Positions 25,492 to 32,000 of a DNA stretch of 32,000 nt are shown here, one piece after another (position 1 is the stretch's first letter; the number at the start of each line of letters is the position of its first letter). This DNA comes from Geobacter sulfurreducens PCA. GTDB taxonomy: Bacteria > Desulfobacterota > Desulfuromonadia > Geobacterales > Geobacteraceae. The stretch is taken from NCBI RefSeq assembly GCF_000007985.2, contig NC_002939.5, forward strand, positions 1,380,001-1,412,000, in the 5' to 3' direction. The position numbers were made by a program, and so were the translations under genes. Below the pieces are notes generated by a model that made no database searches, had not been told where the DNA came from, and saw only the letters and a program-made list of their open reading frames with translations.

Positions 25492-25856
25492 TGGCAAAAA
25501 CTATCATGACGGTTGACGATTCCGCCAGCGTACGCCAGATGGTGAGTTTCACCCTCAAACAGAACGGCTATGACGTGGTGGAGGCTGTCGACGGCAAGGA
25601 TGCCCTTGCCAAGCTCGCCGGCACCAGGGTCGACATGGTGATCACCGACCTCAATATGCCGAACCTGGACGGTATCGGGCTTATCAAGGGGGTGAGGGCC
25701 AACCCCACCTACCGGTTCACTCCCATCGTCATGCTCACCACCGAATCCCAGGAAAGCCGAAAGCAGGAAGGCAAGGCCGCCGGTGCCACCGGCTGGATCG
25801 TCAAACCCTTCAAGCCTGAGCAGCTGGTGGCGGTGGTCAAGAAGGTGCTCGGCTAA
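25491..25856 (+). CDS. cheY: Chemotaxis response regulator CheY
   Basis: A GGAGGAG SD is present and the ATG overlaps the STAS stop (TAATG). The sequence TIMTVDDSASVRQMV...MVITDLNMPNLDG...GWIVKPF is the CheY signature. Confidence 0.9.
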   Translation: MAKTIMTVDDSASVRQMVSFTLKQNGYDVVEAVDGKDALAKLAGTRVDMVITDLNMPNLDGIGLIKGVRANPTYRFTPIVMLTTESQESRKQEGKAAGATGWIVKPFKPEQLVAVVKKVLG

Positions 25857-27961
25857 TGGACGCCCATCGGCAGGCTTACAGGGAAGAGGCCTACGAGCTG
25901 CTCGCCGAACTGGAGAGCTCGCTTCTGGAACTGGAAGAGAACCCGGAGGACTTGGACCTCATCGGCCGCGTGTTTCGCGCCATGCACACCATTAAAGGGT
26001 CCGGTGCCATGTTCGGCTTCGAGGACATCGCCACGTTCACCCACGAAGTGGAGACGGTCTTCGACAAGGTCCGCAACGGCCAGATGACGGTGACCCGGGA
26101 ACTGGTGAACCTGACTCTCAGGGCCCGGGACCTCATCAAGGGAATGCTTGATGCCTCGGAGGGAGGCGACCCCGTGGAGGGGCGCGAGGCAGAAGAGGTG
26201 ATAGCCGGTCTGCGGGCACTGGTCCCCGCTCCCGAGGTGAGAGATCCCCTGCCCATGGAATCGGTTCACGCCCCGCTCGACACCGAGGGAAAGGGGGATG
26301 CGGCGGTGACCTACCGCATCCGGTTCATTCCCACCCCGGAAATAACCGTCAACGGCACCAACCCGCTCCTTCTGCTGGCCGAGCTGCGTCAGCTCGGTGC
26401 CTGCCGGGTCGTAGCCCAGATGGAGCGCGTGCCGACACTGGAAGAGTGCAATCCCGAGCTCTGCTACGTGTATTGGGACGTGATTCTGACCAGCAGGCGA
26501 GGGGTCGATGCCATCCGCGACGTGTTCATCTTCATCGAGGATGATTGCGAACTGAAGATCGACACCATCGACGACGGGGGCGTCCTCGACACCGATTCCG
26601 ACTACAAGAAACTCGGCATCATCCTGGCCGAGCGCGGGGACCTGACACGGCAGGACATGGAAGCGATCCTCGCCCGCCAGAAGCGTTTCGGCGAACTGCT
26701 GGTGGAGCAGGGCATCCTGCAACCCGAAAAGGTCGAGTCGGCCCTTATCGAGCAGCAGCACGTGAAGGAGGTCCGCAAGGAACGCCAGGCCCAGGAAAGC
26801 GCTTCCAGTATCCGGGTGCCGGCCGAGAAGCTCGACATACTCGTAAATCTCGTGGGTGAGCTCGTTACGGTGCAGGCCCGGCTCTCGCAGACCGCCGCCG
26901 GCCGCGACGATGCCCTCCTCGTTACCATCGCCGAAGAAGTGGAGCGCCTTACCAACGAACTGCGCGACACAGCCCTCAACATCCGGATGCTCCCAATCGG
27001 TACAACCTTCAGCAAGTTCAAGCGGCTGGTCCGCGACCTGTCGGTGGAACTGGGCAAGGATATCGAGCTGACCACCACCGGCGCCGAAACCGAGCTGGAC
27101 AAGACGGTCATCGAAAAACTGAACGACCCCTTGGTCCACCTGATCCGCAACTCCATCGACCACGGCATTGAGATGCCCGAGGCCCGCGAGGCCGCCGGCA
27201 AACCCCGCCAGGGGACCGTGCATCTTGCCGCGGTTCACTCGGGAGACAGCGTGCTCATCACTATCACCGACGATGGAGCCGGCCTCGACAAGGAGGCAAT
27301 CCGGGCCAAGGGTGTCGAGCGCGGCCTCATTACAGCCAGTGCCGAGCTGACGGACAAGGAGATCTACAACCTGATCTTCGCGCCCGGCTTCTCCACGGCC
27401 AAGAAAGTCACCAGCGTTTCGGGGCGCGGCGTCGGCATGGACGTGGTGAAGAAGGCCATCGATGCCCTGCGCGGCACCATCGATATCGCCAGTGAACGGG
27501 GGAAGGGGAGCACCATCACCATCAAACTTCCGCTGACCCTGGCGATCATCGAAAGCCTGCTGGTCAAGATCGGTACCGACTGCTTCGTTATGCCGCTGTC
27601 CATCGTGGAGGAGTGCATCGAGCTTACCCGCGAGGACGTGGCCAACGCCCATGGCCGCAACCTGGCGAATGTCCGTGACCAGATAATCCCCTATGTCCCC
27701 TTGCGCGAACGCTTCCGCATCCAGGGGGAACCTCCGGAAATCGAGCAGATCGTGATCACTTCCATCCAGGGGAGCCGGATCGGCTTCGTTGTCGACGATG
27801 TGATCGGCGAACACCAGACCGTCATAAAGTCGCTGGGCAAGATGTACAAGGATGTGAAGGGGCTTTCGGGCGCAACTATCCTCGGTGACGGCTCCGTGGC
27901 TCTCATCCTGGATGTCCCCCATCTGGTGCGCGAGGTGGAACGGGAACAGGTCGCCCGGTAG
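25856..27961 (+). CDS. cheA: Chemotaxis histidine kinase CheA (HPt, dimerisation, HATPase, CheW-like P5)
   Basis: The ATG overlaps the cheY stop (TAATG). Motifs present: HPt FRAMHTIKGSGAMFGF, N-box HLIRNSIDHGIE, G1 DDGAGLD and G2 GRGVGMDVV. The C-terminal P5 domain has IGFVVDDVIGEHQTVIKSLG...GATILGDGSVALILDV. Confidence 0.95.
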   Translation: MDAHRQAYREEAYELLAELESSLLELEENPEDLDLIGRVFRAMHTIKGSGAMFGFEDIATFTHEVETVFDKVRNGQMTVTRELVNLTLRARDLIKGMLDASEGGDPVEGREAEEVIAGLRALVPAPEVRDPLPMESVHAPLDTEGKGDAAVTYRIRFIPTPEITVNGTNPLLLLAELRQLGACRVVAQMERVPTLEECNPELCYVYWDVILTSRRGVDAIRDVFIFIEDDCELKIDTIDDGGVLDTDSDYKKLGIILAERGDLTRQDMEAILARQKRFGELLVEQGILQPEKVESALIEQQHVKEVRKERQAQESASSIRVPAEKLDILVNLVGELVTVQARLSQTAAGRDDALLVTIAEEVERLTNELRDTALNIRMLPIGTTFSKFKRLVRDLSVELGKDIELTTTGAETELDKTVIEKLNDPLVHLIRNSIDHGIEMPEAREAAGKPRQGTVHLAAVHSGDSVLITITDDGAGLDKEAIRAKGVERGLITASAELTDKEIYNLIFAPGFSTAKKVTSVSGRGVGMDVVKKAIDALRGTIDIASERGKGSTITIKLPLTLAIIESLLVKIGTDCFVMPLSIVEECIELTREDVANAHGRNLANVRDQIIPYVPLRERFRIQGEPPEIEQIVITSIQGSRIGFVVDDVIGEHQTVIKSLGKMYKDVKGLSGATILGDGSVALILDVPHLVREVEREQVAR

Positions 27962-28000
27962 AATGTGCTCTGCCGGCGCCTGCAATGCACTGTTAACGGC

Positions 28001-28029
28001 AATGCCGCGGTAAAACGCGGCATTTTTTT
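28001..28029 (+). terminator. Rho-independent terminator after cheA
   Basis: AATGCCGCG-gtaaaa-CGCGGCATT is a 9-bp perfect stem running into T7. Confidence 0.9.
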
Positions 28030-28178
28030 CCTGCGTGGGGCAGCAGGGTAGGGACGGGCACTGGGGGACAGGAAATTTGCACCGACCCCAAGGGAATGGG
28101 TTGTGAAACGGACAATATTAGGGTTTAATTGGCAGTGACAGGTATATCCATTCCTTCCACCGGAGTCCGCGCCATTCC

Positions 28179-28550
28179 ATGAAACATATTCTGGTCATTG
28201 ATGACGACGAACAAGTTCGAACCCTCGTGGGCAGATTTATTTCCGGAGCAGGTTTCGCCGTGGAAATGGCCGACAACGGCGTAACCGGGCTTGCTGCCAT
28301 GAGACGGGCACCGGCAGCCGTGGTGATTACCGACATTATCATGCCCGAAAAAGAAGGCGTGGAAACCATCATGGAGTTGCGTCGCGATTTTCCGGACGCG
28401 AAAATCATCGCCATGTCGGGCGGTTCTCCCCAGATGCAACCTGATCTACCCCTTAGGCTTGCCAGAACACTCGGCGCCGACCGGATTCTTCACAAGCCCT
28501 TCACCCGTGATGCGCTGCTCAATCTGGTGAACGAGCTCATTTCTTCCTGA
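28179..28550 (+). CDS. Single-domain response regulator (receiver only)
   Basis: The sequence MKHILVIDDDEQVR...VVITDIIMPEKEG...ILHKPF is a 123-aa receiver domain. Confidence 0.88.
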   Translation: MKHILVIDDDEQVRTLVGRFISGAGFAVEMADNGVTGLAAMRRAPAAVVITDIIMPEKEGVETIMELRRDFPDAKIIAMSGGSPQMQPDLPLRLARTLGADRILHKPFTRDALLNLVNELISS

Positions 28551-28555
28551 GTCAC

Positions 28556-29728
28556 ATGATCAAGGACGTTTCAGTGTTCGGCACAACTATCCTTGCCCTG
28601 GCCTTTGCTCTTCTCTACCTGCGCCGCTGGCAACAGCTCAAGCGTGAGGTTGCCCGGCGCATCGAGGCGGAGCGACTGTTCCGGGAAACGTTCGAACATA
28701 TCAAACTCCTGGCAATTCAGTTGGATACGCACGGTAACCTGGTCTTCTGCAACGACTATTTTCTCCAGCTTGTGGGGTGGGAGCGCCGGGAAGTGATCGG
28801 GGTCAACTGGTTCGAGCGCTTCGTTCCTCCCGACCAGAAGACAGTCAAGCGGATATTCTACTCGTCTCTCGATACGGGAAACATCCCGGTCCACGTCCAG
28901 AATGACATCGTCACCTGCGGCGGCAGGCGGCTATTCATCTCATGGACCAATACGGTAATCCGCGACAGCTCGGGGGGCATCATCGGCACCATGAGCATCG
29001 GCGACGATATCACCGAGCGCACCAAGGCTGAAAATGCACTGCTCAGCTACCAGGAAGAATTCAGAAACTTGGCCGCGGAGCTGTCGTTGGCCGAGGAGCG
29101 CGAGCGTCGCCGGCTTTCCACCGACCTGCACGATCTCATCGGCCAGACCCTGGCCTTTGCCAAGATTCGAGCCCATTCGCTCAGGGAGCATGTGGCGGAG
29201 GATGGTCTGACCCAATGGGGAGAACTCACCGGGCTCCTGGACCAGTCGATCCAGGAGGTCCGCTCCCTCATATTTCAGATCAGCCCGCCGATTCTCTATG
29301 AGGTGGGGCTTGAAGCCGCCCTTGAATGGCTGGGGGAAAATTTTCAGGATAACCACCGGTTTCGCGTCAATTTCAGTGACGATGGCACACTCAAACCCCT
29401 GAGGGAGGAGATCAAGGTTACTCTCTTCCAGGTGGTGCGTGAGGTGCTCATTAATGCGGCGAAGCATGCATCCCCCGACACGGTGCAGATAGACATCCGC
29501 GGCCTGGGGGAGTCCGTCCGCATAACGGTCAGGGATGACGGCCGTGGATTCGACGTGGCAAAGGCAGCCCACAAGTCCAGGGATAAGGCGGGCGGAGGGT
29601 TCGGTCTTTTCAATATCCGCCAACGGATCGAACGCCTGGGCGGCTCACTGGCGATAGAGTCGTCCCCCGGGGCCGGGACTATGGTCACCGTCGTCGCACC
29701 TCTTGACCTTGCACGTGACACCCATTGA
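28556..29728 (+). CDS. Membrane-anchored PAS sensor histidine kinase, HisKA_3 (NarX/LiaS-type) class
   Basis: The start is 5 nt after the receiver gene stop. One N-terminal TM helix is present (VFGTTILALAFALLYL). The PAS segment is FEHIKLLAIQLDTHGNLVFCNDYF. Kinase motifs: HisKA_3 H-box LSTDLHDLIGQTL, N-box LINAAKHA, DDGRGFD and GGFGLFNIRQR. Confidence 0.9.
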   Translation: MIKDVSVFGTTILALAFALLYLRRWQQLKREVARRIEAERLFRETFEHIKLLAIQLDTHGNLVFCNDYFLQLVGWERREVIGVNWFERFVPPDQKTVKRIFYSSLDTGNIPVHVQNDIVTCGGRRLFISWTNTVIRDSSGGIIGTMSIGDDITERTKAENALLSYQEEFRNLAAELSLAEERERRRLSTDLHDLIGQTLAFAKIRAHSLREHVAEDGLTQWGELTGLLDQSIQEVRSLIFQISPPILYEVGLEAALEWLGENFQDNHRFRVNFSDDGTLKPLREEIKVTLFQVVREVLINAAKHASPDTVQIDIRGLGESVRITVRDDGRGFDVAKAAHKSRDKAGGGFGLFNIRQRIERLGGSLAIESSPGAGTMVTVVAPLDLARDTH

Positions 29729-29983
29729 TAATTACACCCAAAAACGTTATTGTAACAAACCGATACATTGCAGTATACATACGTTGGGGAAGGGAATCGG
29801 TCCACAGCCGATGGTTCTGCAGATTGTGGCCGGATTCACGTGCATGTGGCCTGATCGGTTACCGCCGAAGGCGTTGCAGTCCGCGTCGAATGGCACTGTT
29901 TGTCGGCCGGGAACGGCTTTGAGTCGGGGTATGGGACGAAAACCGTTGGTTGTGGACAGGTTCTGAGGGAGCGAGGTTGCCGA

Positions 29984-30634
29984 GTGGGGATACGGGTTGT
30001 AATTGTTGACGACCATAAGATCATGCGCGAGGGGCTCAAGTCGCTTCTTTCGATGGAAAAGGATATCCAGGTGGTCGGTGAGGCCGATAACGGCCGGGCC
30101 GCCACCCAGTGCGTGAAGGATCTCGACCCGGACATAGTCCTCATGGATCTCACCATGCCGGAGATGAACGGCATTGATGCGACAAGGCGCATAGCCGCAG
30201 ATTATCCCTCGGTCAGGGTTCTCGCCCTTTCCATGCATTCGGATCGTCGCTTCATCGAAGAGGCGCTTTCTGCGGGCGCCCAAGGGTTTCTCCTCAAAGA
30301 CTGCGCTTTTGACGAACTGGTCAATGCCATCCACGAAGTGGTTGCCGACCGGTTTTACCTCAGTCCCCGCATTACCGGCGTCGTGATCAAGGACTATCTC
30401 GGTCGACGGGGCCGGCCCGAGTCCGCTTCCTCGATTCGCCTCACCCCCCGCGAACGGGAAGTGCTTCAGCTCATTGCCGAGGGCAAGAATACCAAGGAAG
30501 TGGCCTTTGCCCTCGATGTCAGCGTCAAGACCGTGGAGTCCCAGCGTATGCAGATCATGCGCAAGCTCAAGACCAACAGTATCGCCGACCTGACCAAGTT
30601 CGCCATCCGCGAGGGACTCACCACCCTCGACTGA
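29984..30634 (+). CDS. NarL/LuxR-family two-component response regulator
   Basis: The receiver is IRVVIVDDHKIMREGL...IVLMDLTMPEMNG. The C-terminal LuxR HTH is LTPREREVLQLIAEGKNTKEVAFALDVSVKTVESQR. The start is placed at GTG 29984 after GAGGGAGCGAGG; the track start 29900 is a TTG that adds 28 non-homologous residues. Confidence 0.88.
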   Translation: MGIRVVIVDDHKIMREGLKSLLSMEKDIQVVGEADNGRAATQCVKDLDPDIVLMDLTMPEMNGIDATRRIAADYPSVRVLALSMHSDRRFIEEALSAGAQGFLLKDCAFDELVNAIHEVVADRFYLSPRITGVVIKDYLGRRGRPESASSIRLTPREREVLQLIAEGKNTKEVAFALDVSVKTVESQRMQIMRKLKTNSIADLTKFAIREGLTTLD

Positions 30635-30927
30635 ACGCTGGTCTTCCTGTCCCGTCAACGACGCTCCGAGCCGGTCAGCTGCAGGCTACGCCATTGCCGC
30701 GCCGGCGACAATTCCTCCGTTCCTTTCTATTTCACCTCATCTGCAGTTCTCCCGCCAAATACGCGTTTCAGGTAATTCGCCGGTTGTTGTCAGGATAATC
30801 CTGATAGTGCACCAGGCTGTGTATACCGATTCGTAATCCATGCGGTGTAAAGATCCGGCTGCAGCCGACGGGATTGTGCCGACACGGCTCCCGCTCATCA
30901 GCTACGGCGACTTGCGGAGGAACTGGT

Positions 30928-32000
30928 ATGCTACAGAACATGCGGATCGGTTTGCGGTTGGGGCTCGGGTTCGGATTAGTGGTTGTGTTGATGGTGATCC
31001 TCGGCGGCATCTCCATCAATAGAATGGCTACCCTGAACACAGACCTTGACATGGTTGTCAAGGATCGCTGGCCCAAAGCGGAGACAACCTTCGGAATCAG
31101 TAGCCAGATCAACGTGGTGGCGCGGGCATTGCGCAACGCAATCCTTCTGGATGATCCAGCAGAGGTTCAGAAGGAGATTGCGCGAATCAACGAAGCTTCG
31201 GTGAGCGTCAGCAAGTCGATGGATGAACTGTCCAAGAGCATCACCAGCGAGGAGGGGAAGGCCAAACTGAAGGCGGTGGAGGCCTCCCGCGCCGCATACC
31301 GGGAGGATCTGCTGAAGCTGGTTGAGTATATCAGGGCCGGCAACAAGTCTGCTGCCCAGAAGATGCTCTTCGGCAGCTACCGCGAAAGGCAGCGAAGCTA
31401 CTTCGATGCCGTTGACGGGTTGACACAGTATCAGGCCAAGCTCCTGGCGGTATCCGGCAAGGAGGCTGAGCAGACCTTCGTTTCCTCCAGAAACATCATC
31501 GTAGCGCTTCTCGTGCTGTCGGCCCTTCTCGCATGTGCCTGCGCCTGGCTCGTGACCCGCTCCATCACCAGACCCATCGGCGCCTGCATGGCCGCTGCGG
31601 GCAGGATCGCCTCCGGCGACACCGACGTGACCCTGGACGTGACGGCGCGTGACGAAACCGGCCTGCTGCAGGTTGAGATGCAGAAGATGGTGGAAGCAAT
31701 CAGGGCGCTGATTGCGGACGCCGACATGCTCTCGCGGGCCGCGGTCGAGGGGCGTCTCGCGACCCGGGCCGATGCGGCTAAGCACCAGGGCGATTTCCGC
31801 AAGATCGTCTCCGGCGTCAACGATACCCTTGATGCGGTCATCACCCCACTCAATGTGGCCGCCGACTACGTGGATCGCATCTCCAGGGGCGACATTCCGC
31901 CCCGGATTACCGATACCTACAACGGAGATTTCAATGAGGTGAAAAACAACCTCAACCGGTGTATCGACGCGCTCAACGGCCTGCTGAGCGACATGAACGA
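30928..32000 (+). CDS. Transmembrane methyl-accepting chemotaxis protein, partial (4-helix-bundle sensor, TM2, HAMP; 3' end off window)
   Basis: The ORF is not in the track because it has no stop. ATG 30928 lies 8 nt after GGAGG. MLQNMRIGLRLGLGFGLVVVLMVILGGISI is TM1. A periplasmic helical domain of about 150 aa follows. IIVALLVLSALLACACAWLV is TM2. The HAMP domain is ITRPIGACMAAAGRIASGDTDV..DETGLL. Further HAMP-like repeats follow (GDFRKIVSGVNDTLD, GDFNEVKNNLN). Confidence 0.88.
   Translation, partial: MLQNMRIGLRLGLGFGLVVVLMVILGGISINRMATLNTDLDMVVKDRWPKAETTFGISSQINVVARALRNAILLDDPAEVQKEIARINEASVSVSKSMDELSKSITSEEGKAKLKAVEASRAAYREDLLKLVEYIRAGNKSAAQKMLFGSYRERQRSYFDAVDGLTQYQAKLLAVSGKEAEQTFVSSRNIIVALLVLSALLACACAWLVTRSITRPIGACMAAAGRIASGDTDVTLDVTARDETGLLQVEMQKMVEAIRALIADADMLSRAAVEGRLATRADAAKHQGDFRKIVSGVNDTLDAVITPLNVAADYVDRISRGDIPPRITDTYNGDFNEVKNNLNRCIDALNGLLSDMN

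Noticed and set aside
25853-27985. 710-aa minus-strand ORF exactly mirroring cheA.
   Set aside because: The same antisense-shadow logic applies. The + strand has HPt, N-box, G1, G2 and P5 motifs. The minus-strand product has no motifs and no SD-supported start.
30791-30803. Near-palindrome CAGGAT-A-ATCCTG upstream of the terminal MCP gene, and a TAAAG..GCCGAC sigma28-like pair at about 30857-30881.
   Set aside because: The palindrome is short (6-bp arms) and unremarkable statistically. The sigma28-like elements are separated by a spacer about 3 nt too short compared with TAAA-N15-GCCGATAA.

Overview
GC-rich chromosomal segment whose gene content and order look deltaproteobacterial, Geobacter/Desulfuromonadales-like (inference only, no search was run).

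- **Left end (minus strand):** a partial LysR regulator and a 1141-aa secreted LVIVD-repeat protein.
- **About 4.8-14.5 kb:** a pyrimidine/carbamoyl-phosphate operon, pyrR-pyrB-pyrC-carA-[PflX-like radical SAM]-[DUF486 membrane protein]-carB. It is preceded by a terminator-type leader hairpin with a PyrR-box-like loop. greA and a DUF1858 mini-protein follow.
- **14.6-20.2 kb:** a CbiM/NikMN-CbiQ-CbiO ECF metal transporter behind a NikR-like inverted repeat. An alginate-export-like outer-membrane barrel is directly co-transcribed with it. A His-rich NosL-family protein and a monoheme cytochrome P460 come next. This is the best candidate for an undescribed trans-envelope nickel-handling module.
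- **20.3-32 kb:** nothing but signal transduction.
  - PAS hybrid histidine kinase with a degenerate HPt, plus a receiver.
  - A sigma28-type promoter driving a four-gene chemosensory core with no CheW, CheR or CheB: soluble double-tip MCP-like protein, STAS (CheS-like), CheY and CheA.
  - Then a receiver, a PAS/HisKA_3 kinase, a NarL-type regulator and a partial transmembrane MCP.

I recognised no rRNA, tRNA, CRISPR array, transposase or integrase. Many long ORFs in the supplied track are antisense or out-of-frame shadows of real genes, as expected at this GC content. Several track starts are upstream alternative codons that I moved to SD-supported starts.
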